DNA of 64,000 nucleotides, from the NCBI GenBank assembly GCA_964187785.1, contig OZ076419.1, positions 10,416,001 to 10,480,000 of the forward strand. The letters are read 5' to 3'. The notes under the pieces were generated by a model that worked only from the letters and a program-made list of their open reading frames with translations, did not search any database and was not told the DNA's origin. Position 1 is the stretch's first letter; each line of letters opens with the position of its first letter. This document shows, one piece after another, positions 12,414 to 24,400 of this stretch. The position numbers were made by a program, and so were the translations under genes. Source of the stretch: Amphiscolops sp. MND2022 (Eukaryota).

Positions 12414-15400
12414 GTTAGTTCAGCTTTTATCAAGGCCTTGGAAAGACAAAATATCAGAACGAGCATTTTATTGCTTTGTGTTGCCCTGTTTGAATGCTCT
12501 TCGAATTTTGGATAGTAAATTTATATTTTCGTTAAACCCCTGGATATATTCCCTTGCAAATCTTGTTAAAATTTTTATCATAAAGCTAACAAAAGTGATT
12601 GAGAAGAAATAAAAACGGCCAACTACAGTTGCTTGATCATTTAAGCTAATTTGTTGCAGCCGTTCAAATTACCTATGGGGATTGCAAATGCTCGATTTTG
12701 AAGCATTGAATAAGTATTCGATGTAAACTAAATTTATACAAAGAAACACTGCTTTGAAATCCTTTTTGTTAAAATGTGGTAAAAACAAAATAACTCGCAA
12801 ACGTGCTGTTCAAATGGTACAATCGGCTCTGTAAAAATAGACTTATACACCCAAGCTGAACTGAATGAGACTAAAGGGTCACCCTTATGTTTCGGCGCTG
12901 TGAGATTTTTTCTTCATTTTTTTTCTCTTCAAAGGGAAACTTTCGAATTTTTTCTCGTACGATTTTATTTAAGACCCGCCACAGGGCCGGGAAGCGCTTT
13001 ATCTGAATTTTTGACGTTATATCCGAACTATATTGCGTTTTTGTAAGGAGGAGGCGGAGGTCCCAAAACAGTAGTTTTTCATGAAAACTTCCTACGCTTA
13101 TTTCAAATTTGCGCTTTTTGAGCTTTAGATATAGCGCTGACATTAGACGTTCCTGTCTTATTCAATATCCAATTTTGTAAAATGTTCAATGCTCAACCAC
13201 TTTGCTGTTTCAGCCTATGTGAAAGGAAAAGACGACGACAGCCAACCATGGCTGAAGATTATATTCACAGATGTAAATATGGACTCGATGAAGCCGATAG
13301 TTGATTTCATATATACAGGTCATCTTTAAACTTATATACGATTGAACGAACACCTTCTCCGAAGCATTGCTAACCATGAATTGAAACTTTTAGACCATAT
13401 TGACCTTTTCCCTGGCAATTTCCGTTTCATCCTGAAAGATGCTGAAAAACTCAAAATGGAGGAACTCGTTACGCAATGCCAAGAGTTCTTAGAACAAGAT
13501 ATTACAGCTTCCAACTGTATCAATTTGATGCTCTGTGCGGAACCCACCGTGGGACGGAAAGATATCGAGGCCAGAACTGAGGAGTATTTTTGGGTAAGTA
13601 CCTTGAACTTTTATATCTCAAACCATCGAGTGCAACAAGGTACCCTGATATTATTCTCGACCAATTGCGCAGTCAAGTTCGATGAGTTTTCACACTTTGT
13701 TAGTCTTTTTCTTAACATGTATCAACGATAAATTTTTGTCTTCTGATCAGTGTAATGATATCCCAGGTTCAGACAAATGCAAGTTTCATATAGCCTTCAA
13801 GGTAATGCATTATAATCAATCAAACCCTCATCACTAACATCAATTGGGCAATATGTATCGAGTAAATACCATAAGGATGTCGTTACCTGTGATAAAGTGT
13901 CCCAGCAGTTCCTTTCTATTAGGTTGCTAAAAGTGGCACTCCGTATATAAATATTACCTTGACAATTTCTCATTTTTTGAATGTTTCTCCTCCCGACCAG
14001 GTTTCTCGACCTGATTGATAATGTTATCATATGGCAAAGCTATGTGGATGTATTGGCACTTTGGTTGAAGAATATCTTGTAAATTCATCAATGTATCCGT
14101 TAATTGACGATAATAGGCTAATTTTCTATTTATGGAACCAGACGGCTGTAATGCCCCTCTCCTCGAGTCATCTTACTTTTTCCTCGATTCTTTAAATCGA
14201 AGGAGCGTTTTCCGAACCTGTGTTCTCTGCATTTTCTTCTATCCCTTCTAAGGTTCTTCTAATCAGTGAAACTATCGTCGATGACAGGTTTCTTTTATCA
14301 TTTTCAACTTTTCTGTCTTGCTGACCTCGGTCGGCCTCTTTTATTCCTTTCTCAACTAACTTTTCAACTCACTCAGAATTTCGGAAAAATATTTGTTCAA
14401 GATATCAAACGTTAATAGCGCCGAAGGTAATAAAAAATAAGATCATTATCCTAATTTTTAAGTATTGTTTTCGTCTGTTGTTTCTTCCTTCAGCTAGTTT
14501 ACTCATTTTTCTCCATAGAATGAGCGTTTCATGTTGTAAAAATAACAACTCAGCTGGGGCTGTGTCAGTCCTCGGCTTCCACACTCAGTCTCTTCTGGGA
14601 ATGAGATGAGAAACTGCTCGTACCGATGTGTCAAAGAAGGTCGCTAAACCATGTCTCAAAAGAGCGCCAAGATGAGTCAGTGTCCGAGTCCATGTCCAAA
14701 TGATATCATTGCGAGCTACTACATTTGCTGATGGGGTTCATAAATACATCGTCTGGTATCAAAGGGTTATAGTATGAGACTTTTTTTATTTTGTCTTGGT
14801 TGTTCTCTAACTGATTGGTATAAATGGTTGCAGGTCATGTACAAGGACAACTTGTTGGTCCGCCGTCTTGAATATTTCATAAAAAGTAGCTGCTCTGGGT
14901 GGATTAACTACGCGGTAAATAGGTGTTGGAGTAGTAGGTGTTTGTTTTCGCTGTTCTTGTTGATCTCTGTATATGGGAATTCATTATGTCTCGCTATCGA
15001 ACTGAATATCAGGCTTTTATAGTAGATACCCTTTGAAATTAGTATTTCCATTGCTAAACGCCACATCTTTTTATTATAATGTTTGTCGTTTTCATACATT
15101 TTCAAAATTTGTTCTGCAGAAGATGACAGTATACAATTCTGCATCGCAGTCGTGAAGCTGGGTTGTTGGAAAATAAATTGGGAAAATGCAGGTGAGTCAG
15201 TAGTTCGTGGGGAAGAATGAACTAGATTGCAGTGGAGAGGTTAATGTGAGCAGAGTTGTTCGTTTGACGCTTTGTGGATTTGGTGAGATAGATACTGAGA
15301 TTGATTATGTGGATAACGAAGATGTTAAGAGTTGTGCGGAGACTCAGTCCTCTCATGCTGCCACCTGTGATGACCATCATGACATTGACCACTTGGCAAA

Positions 15401-18400
15401 AAGAAGGAACACGTTTCTAGAAATTAAATAGGTGCTGTGCCCTTTCTAGTTTTATTTCAACATAAACTTTCACATTGATTGACGAAGGGCTCGATGCTGG
15501 TCATTGGCCATCCTTCAGGACAAGGTCCCAGAGCGAGAAAAACATCTTTTGCTGTTAACTGGGAGTGTTCGATCGGCTAAGCGGATGCGATTGTCAAACA
15601 TCAATTCAGGTGTCACTCCCAGGCTTCCTACAATGTAGGACAGTTCCAGTGATGACTATGTTTCGCCAATGATTTTTGAATTTAGACTTGTTGAAAGTAG
15701 GATTTCTGACTTCTTTTTGTTCTTTATATGGTACTTTCTAGGAGTGAGTTGTGTTTTAGGTTCATTGCACCTTCGCTTTTATGCACTTTATCTTTTGCTT
15801 CAAATTTGTCGCTGTACGTGAGCATGGGCTGAGGGTTCATTACTCTGTAGATAGTGACAAGTTTGTCACTGAGCAAGCTTTGGATACGCCTGCCGCACAA
15901 AGTCATGCTCCGTACGTGCTCCCGCAGATTATTCCCGACTTTCCAGGTCGCAACATGGTCATGTAGCAGATGGATTGGGGCAGCAGACATCCAATGGTAA
16001 TGTCCGCTGCTCCTTGTTTGATGCTTACTCAATGTGCAGCACGTACTGAGCGGACTGAGACATTGAAAACACCAAGACCTTTGATCAAACGTGAGTTTCA
16101 TTTACTAACTGCTTTTGTATTTTTGTAACGGCTGCTTGATTAAGCTCAAGTTTCCTGTCTTCGAGGGACGCCGGGCAGAACAAGGCGTGTTGATATCTGT
16201 GGTTTTCTCGCAATTGGAGGAAAAGCAGAAGAGATTCGCCTGCTAGTTCTATTGGAGAAATTGAAATGGTTTGTTAAAGGACTGAGAACATACCTAGCAT
16301 TCATGATAAAAATTTTTCTGGAATCTCTAAAAGATTGGAAGTCAGTTTGGAAAAGAATAACCGAGACCGAAGTTAACCAGAGAGAAATCTTGAAAATGAT
16401 AGGAAACTAGCCATCGAAAATTGATTCACTGACTGGCAGAACCTTAGAAGGGATAGAAGAAAATGCAGAGAACACCGGTTCGGAAAACGCTCCTTCGATT
16501 CATAGAATCGGTGGAATAAGTAATGTGACTCGAGAAGAGAATCATTGCATGGTGACAAAAGCATCCACCCAACCCGATCCGACAACATCATCAAGCCTGC
16601 CACCTCACAACCATAAATAGCGTTACAACATCATCAAAAAGCTACTAGACTCACTCAAAAACACCCCACAAATCCTTGGTCCCCATAGGCTACCAAAAAC
16701 ACTGTCACCAACAATACTAACTAATGATGGGAGAAATGACAACTTCGAACACTTCGAAGACCTGTTCAGGACAAGCATCAAAGTTTACCTACAGGGACTT
16801 GCGAACCTACAGGGACTTGCTGACACAAACTGCGCCAGCCTAGAATACATCATCGCTACATTCCGCCGTAGGTTCGTATGCAGTCTATAGCTACAGCGAG
16901 ATGCAAATGGGGACACCTCCACTTCGATTCCTCTAGACAAAAGACCCAAAGCTTCCTTGATCCTTATCAGAAATTTGCTCAAAAAGCTTACGGTAACGAT
17001 GCGTCGAGTTTATGGAAACCTTATTCGGCGCTGAGATGACATCGTTTAGAGAAATAACCTTATGATACAATGATGCATCATCTTGAGCGAAATTGAAGCT
17101 AAATGGAATGGCGTTTTAGTACTCAAAGAACCAAGCATCACATGATTACACCAAATAGATATACAAGACATACCGCAACAGCAACAAAACCCACGCAAGC
17201 TACTTTTGCGGGAATACAGGAGACATCAACAAGAATTGCGGAAAAGCCCGGGAACCCCGCAACAAAGACAACTGGGTCCCAGAAAAAGTTCCGGACCCAT
17301 GTGAGACATGCGGAAAAAAGATCCATACAACAAAAAAGTGCTAATCATCTGAGAAATGCCAATCGCTCACTACCATCACTATGGTGGCAAACACCAAAAA
17401 AAGACCTCACCAAACAACATACACAAACACCAACAGGTCAGTGCGCTCAGGGCAATTACACACAAGACCGATTGCCGTATCATATCCCACCGAGTTGCCG
17501 TACGAGCTATCAAACACAAACCCCAATGGCCACACAATCCAAACACAGACTCAGACCCATGCGCAAACCCAGCCAAAAAACTACTTTCGCCACGTCTTCA
17601 AAATGAGGAAATAGTCAATACCAGACAATTCAAAGCAACTGAACCCCAAACACTTACGATCACGAACTGTACGAAGAGTTCCTTTACTAGCGATATCTCG
17701 ACTAGTAGCAGAGATGGTAAAACCATAAACTCGACAGATGCAACAGACAGACAACCACTAAACCAGACTACCCCTAAAGGTACCTAGAATCCCGACATTT
17801 TGAATTACTACGAAACGAACCCTACAGACGAGTACTTCCCCCGAGACTTACATCCTTGACCCAGACTCCAAAATTTACCCAAATGACAATCACCAAAACT
17901 ACAAAAGAAACACACTAACGTTCAGACAAAACTTAAATACGCCAATTGAGGAGTACACCATAAGGACAGCCATGAAAACAGCAATTGACAGCAGGCACCA
18001 CGCGAAACACATCCAACCAACCCCAGAATACGATCCAGACGAACAACGTCTGACCGAGATAACAGTAGATCACACAAACAATACAGTAAATAATGACAGT
18101 TCATTTATCATCACACAATCACCAGCCAAAGAACCAACAACCAACCCCATCGGAGCTGTTATACAAAATTCACAAACATTGGAAATGGCACTCGACTACC
18201 ATCCAGCTGAAACCATCACCGGCAGGTCCACGGCTTCGGTCCCTCACCTCAGTGATAGAACGGAGATATATACCACCACACCTCACTCGAGGAGAATCAA
18301 AAAGTCATTGCTAATGCCACTCATCTACACCGAAGAGACGTCAGTGAGGTGAGAAAATGAAGTCGCGGAACCTCGACCTATTACGACTGACAAAACCAAA

Positions 18401-21400
18401 ATGCAGTCTGGTTCCCCTCCTGGAGATGTACAAGACATCCCAACACAGGGTGACACGCAGCTCTATCTCATGGGTCAGATTGCAGGTTACTTGACCCAGG
18501 ACACAGTGACTGAAGAGAGCTGCATACCTGTGCAAAGAAATTGCTATTTGTCCCATTGGACTTCCAGGAACTCACCCTAGACGCCCTCATAGACTCCTTA
18601 AACTTAGTCGGTTTGTTCGTGTTAGCTACATGCCAACGAGTGCCGCGTTTCATGACTCTGTGGTTAACTTTGCCATCTGTCAATAGGATCTATTCTTGGA
18701 GGCAATTCAATTGCAAGGGGCATTATTTGAAGAATCAGCGTTATCGTTTCGACAATGAGGATTCCGTCTATACAGAGAAATTGAATGCCATGCTTGTAGC
18801 AAAAGTGCCGGGAGAGCTGGCGCCAAAATTTAGAAGACTCCCTATGTTTTCTTCGGTGAGATGAACAGGTTTATTGATGACGAAGTGTATGCATTGGTTG
18901 GTGTCCCGTCCAATGTACCTCCAATGACACTCGTCAACAGTCCGATCGAGCTGCTGAGAAGTGGTGGTTCACAAGTTTTTGTCCACCGCGTTTGGAAGCA
19001 ATTGCGGTCCTTGCTGCCTGTGGACAGTCCGTATGCCTCAGTACTGCCGCGGTGCTGCCTCTTGCGGAGCGGAGATACAGTGTTTGTCGCGGGTGTTGCC
19101 ACTCGTTCGACCAGTCGAGGGCCTGTTTCCATTCAAAATTGTCCGCCTCGCCTGTCTTGTTCAATACCTACACTGACTGCTGGGATGCTGTGAGTTGACC
19201 AATGCCAATTAATGCTCCCAATTTTGATGCTGATTTCCAGCGTTGACTTCTTCTCGAGGACATTATAATATGTGTTGGGTCTTTGTATACTTTTGTGATG
19301 CTAGAGGATTTGGCCCAAACTCTCAGGAGAGTCCGCCATTAGGTTTGTTTGCTGAATATGCCCCAATTGTGTCTTGAAACTGGTGTCGTTCCTTTGGATT
19401 CTCTGTGTGATGTACTGCAAGAGCGGTAGGTTACTTGGAATGATGTTAAGCTCTGCCTTTCCAACGATGTTTGGCCGATGAAGAAGGCTGCCAATGTTGT
19501 GGTACTATGTTCCTTGTTGTGCTCTGATAGTCTGGGACTGCCTCAGCTAGGATTGTTGCAGAGTGTTCAGTTGTGTGCCGATCCAAAACGGTCCAATTTT
19601 TGAAAGCAAAAAGGACCAACAACCAAGGACCATGCCCGCAGAAAATTCACTCTTTTTTGCTTCTTCTACTGGAGTCTGCTGGGTAAAGTCAAGACGGTGA
19701 GTCGACTACCCTGTGTAGACATTTACTTCGAGTATTTTGATAAGTCCATGAACAGCTGGACCTTTGCGACTGCTTCTGAATGTCTCCAGAGTGATCAAAA
19801 TATCCTGGAGGCGATGCGGGGGTTAGACGATACTCCTCGACGACGATCTTTTCTTCGAGAGTTTCAGGGTCATCTGTTGGAGTTTCCATAGCTGCTCAGT
19901 TCCTCCCCATATGCCTGTTCTCGTACTGTCCGTTCACTCTTTCGCTTGAAAGTGGATTTGCTTCTAGGTTGTGACGCCGGTCACGTGGTGGACTTACTCC
20001 AGGACCTTGTTGCCTGTCTTCAGGAAGCTGGTTGTTTGGACGACTTGAATCGCGAGGCGTCAGGTAATGAATTCAAGGCTCTGGTGGTTGATCTTCGCCG
20101 TCGGTCAGCCGAAATATCGCAGACAGCGAGAATTATAAGTGTAGGACCCATGTGAAGCGAGTTGATAGACTGCTACGTTGTTAGACTGCTACGTTGTTAC
20201 ACTGTACGTTGGGAGACTGCTACGTGCCCTGCTCCCAGCTCTATGCCTCCCGTTGATGTTTCACTTGAGATTGGTCAGTGGGATTGATCTGCTTCCTTCG
20301 GATATTCGGTGTCGCCTTTGTGGTGTGCAGTCGTTTGTCCCCGACTTGTCTCGAATGATTTGCTGACTGTGGAGTGTTTGGAGGAATTGAGGATTATTCT
20401 TCCCTTCGGAATCCATTTTTTGGCTCGCAAAGCTTTCGATCCCTGGGCTGAAGTCAGTCGACATGCCTTCAAGGACATTTTTGCCAGTCTGTTTCGGTGT
20501 TACTTTGCCTACTATGCTGGGCAGGTTTAGGATGCTCTTCTACCTGTGACAAATCTATCAATGGTCAGGTGATTGCGCTGTTTTTGTGATTGCATCTTCG
20601 TTTGGATACAGTTTGCACACCGGGAAAGGTGTCGGGCTATTGTTGAGACAATTCCCGAAACGTGGTTCTTCTCGCAGCATTCTGGTATCTTTTTGCGATG
20701 CCGAGGTGTTTTCTAAACAATTCGTGTTGGTACTGGATAAATTCGTTCACCAGGTGCTGTGGTTAAAGGACTTGTAAATACTTCATCTTCCCAGTGTCAC
20801 TGAAGTACTGTTTGTAGTGGACGTTCTATTGTTCTTTGTTCCCTGTCTGGATGTTGTATGTTGTTGCATACCCAGGGTAAGTTCTCCGTTCAAGACTCTG
20901 TGGCGAGTGTAACAGCCGTGGTTCTGCTTGTTGGTTTGAATATGCGTATATTTTGTTCTCGCCCTTTATTTTCTTCTCCATATATGTTCTTCTCTTTCTG
21001 AATCGTCGTCTGTAAGGAAATAAAACTGGTCCCACAAGTTGTGACTATATTCCAAAAAGGCCAATTTTTGTGCCAAGAAACCTTTCGCATAAATGGACAA
21101 ATTGAGCTGTGAATGTGAATGTGAGTCCGGAATCGGACTGGGGCATATTTTTCACTGATGTATTTTTTTGTTCGTGGTCTTCTTCGGTCATCAATGCGTA
21201 ACCAGCATTCTCAAAATTTTCGTGTGTCATTAACGGGTACTGTTGGTTTGGCAGTGGCTGTTTAAGTCAAAGTCCGCATACGATTATCAGAGACTTGCTT
21301 TTTGCCTCAAAGTTAGTTATCAGGTCTTGATCTACCCTTGCTCGTTTATCGGATCTAGTTAGTTCGTGGAAAGGAGCGATCTTTTCAGACCGTCTAGGAA

Positions 21401-24400
21401 TGTAATTCCTATAAACGTTTGAAAAGCCGATATATCTTTACAATCTTTTCTCCGGCCTCGTGTAAAGAAACTGTACATGTGAATCGGCTATAAATACAGT
21501 CCTCTTTTGCAAACGGTTTACTTGGAACCGTTTTCGTTTTATCGAAAACAATATTAGAAAGCAATGATAACAATTTATCATTAGGCAAAAGTGACAAAAG
21601 AAGAAAAGTTGTTTAGTAACATGAACAAACAAATTGAAGATTCGAGATAGCAAACTATTGAGAATGGTAATTTAGTCGAACACGGTATTTTAGTATTTTT
21701 ACCAAAGAATCCGCCGATTCCGGGAATTGAACGCGAGGCCTCATGGTTGGAAAGATAGCACTCTACCGATTAAGCTATAGCGCTTTAATATTTGTATGTT
21801 TTAATTCAGCGATATTTGCTTTGCAACATCCTCCGGGCCCAAGAAGATGTGAATGCAAGAACGTTAGAACTAAAAAAAACTTTTTACATTTGATCGGAAA
21901 CCGACTTACATGTATGTTCGTTATACATGTTACATTGTGCTCAAAATTAGTTTCAAGTACAAGCAAAACAAAAAGAATAGTCTCAGACTAAGTAAGTTTG
22001 GGTGGATTGGGGTACGAGAAAACGGGTGCGAGTTTGACAACGTGTCGAACAAGGTTTCCTGTTGCGATTTTCAGTTCCGCAGATCGAGCGAGAGCGTCGA
22101 TACAGTAGTTCAGTTTCACCACACGTGCAAGTGGGAAATGTCTTCGTGGACTCGTAGGTTCGACAATCCGGACAAGGTTTCCGGTCTTGGGATATCGATC
22201 TGGTTGGGTTGACCACTTTGAACAGCCATTAAGCGACGGAACGTAATCTCTTAACCAACGGTATTAAAGTGCATCTAAGCACGCTTGCGCTCTCGCGTAG
22301 CGTGTCCTGTGATTTACTTCGGCTCTTTGGTGTGATGGCATTTTGGAACCCGCGGTTCCCAACAGGAAGTGGTATGGAGTCACTGCGTCAACATTTGTAG
22401 CGTCAGAGCTAACCGGTCCCAGTGAACGGGAATTGAGACTCTGTTCTACCAGACTTGTTGGTAGTTGTTAGTATCTTGTCAGTTAGGCGACGGTTTCCAA
22501 GGATTGCGAAAAAAACTGTTTGAAGCTCCTGGCATTTCGTTCCCTGACACATCCCTAGTGAGAAGCACCGGTAGGAATGGACTTCCAGTGCATCCGTTTT
22601 TAAACCAAAAACTAAAGCTTCAGACAGAGTCTGTTTATTCCACGGTGACACGTTTTGTGTCGACTTATTTTCACTGGCGATGAAATTGGTTCCGTTGTCA
22701 GACCACAAAACCGATGGGACGCCCCGACGTGTAGCGAATCTCTCGATTCCCATAACACAGCTACTAGTGTCCTTTGACAGGACCACTTCAAAATGGACAG
22801 GTCCGATTGTCAAGCGATTGAAAACGAATCCCCATCGTTTTCAATTCATCTTTTCACAGCTACGTAAAACGGACCAACATAATCGAATCAGTGTTTATTG
22901 ATGAATACTCGTTAAATGCCAGTCTTTCGAAGATAGGACATTATCGGATTGAGTATTGCCACTCGACGTTTGCGACAGGTGACACATTTGGAAACAATTG
23001 ACCTCAGGTTCTAAGCTTGTACTTGGTTGCATAGTCGTTGACGTTCCGGCGGGCATAAACGTAGTGGCTGTTGGACTAAAAGAAGTCCTCGGTGGTGCTA
23101 CTGTACTGTACACAATTGACGTTGTAACGGTTACTGGTGGTACATAATAAACAGTTCCACCTGCGGTAACGGGTACGGTCGGAGCGGTACAGGTTGGCAT
23201 ATGAGCAAACGACTGGAATGTAGGTGACGTCGGCTATGGCCAGGGTGGAACTGTTGTTGTAATGGGGGCGGTGGTAGCGATTGGGTTCGTGCAGGTCCAA
23301 GCGGTTAAGTTAAAAAGTATAAAGTTCACTGGCAGTGTGAAAGTGGGCATAAGTATAATCGGTTTTGGCTGAAGAAAATTGCTCATTAAAACCTCCAGTT
23401 TGTGTGGTAATTGTTGCCTCTTGAAATGATTGTTGTACTTTGACAGCCGATGCTGAAGGTCCGGCATTCCCCAGGTTTTGCGATATCAATGGAGGAGTCT
23501 GATTTTGTACCGCAGGTGTGTGATTCAAACTCATTGATGGAACAGTAGTTGACGGTAGTTGTACTGTTACGTTTGTTTTGTTCAGATCACCTGGTGCAAA
23601 AGTCGGCGGAGAAACTTTGATCGGAGGTTGCTTAGATGGAATCAAAACAGTATTATTTGCGACCGAAGTCGCTAGACTTGCAGTTACCGCTGTTTCCGAC
23701 TCATGTTGAGTCGTGGCAACGATTGGCGAGTTATTAAGCCAGTCGCTAACTTGTCGTGTTTCACTAGCGTCTGTTGTTCAACTCAACTGCGAAAGAATTC
23801 CATGAGCACATTCGTTAGCTTCAGATGAGTGTTTTTGAAGTTCAACTAGATGCGCCTCTGCAAGTTGTTTGCGGTTCTCGTCTTGCAGTTGTTCAAAATC
23901 TAGCTCTTGCGTTTGCTTAGCCAGTCGTAAAGCAGCTTCGTTTGGCCTTTCAATTTCTTCTCGTCTGTGTTTGGCAATAATCAAATCTCGTTGTCGCTGA
24001 CTTCAGGTTTTCGAATCTTTGCTGATTGAAACTTCGCAAGACATGGTCTTCATGGTGGGAGCTTTGACTGATGTTTGCGAAGAATATTCTGTTTTGGGAC
24101 ATTGCTCAATATAATGCCTTGCACTTTTCACAATTGCATCATTTTGCACGGTGGTATCGTTCAGTCATTTCTCTAAAGCCGACAGTGACAGTTTCTGGGT
24201 CGTTGGTTTTCTTGACACGCTCGAGCAGTTGTCCATTCTCAGCGAAAACTTTTAGCAAGTCTCTTCGCAAGAAGTCACTAACTGTTCAACGCGGACGCAT
24301 CTATCGGTATTGTTTACTTCTTCTCTCACGTCGTTTTGATATCTATTCAAGTCAGCTTCGTCTTTCACGCGACTGTCGTACATCTTTTGCACATTTTCGC

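Noticed and set aside
13760-13800. Exon directly after the 13594 donor
   Set aside because: The in-frame reading contains TAG and lacks the BACK motif; the 40401 exon fits far better.
21711-21783. Functional tRNA-Gly gene
   Set aside because: Acceptor and anticodon stems do not base-pair; kept only as a tRNA-derived cassette.
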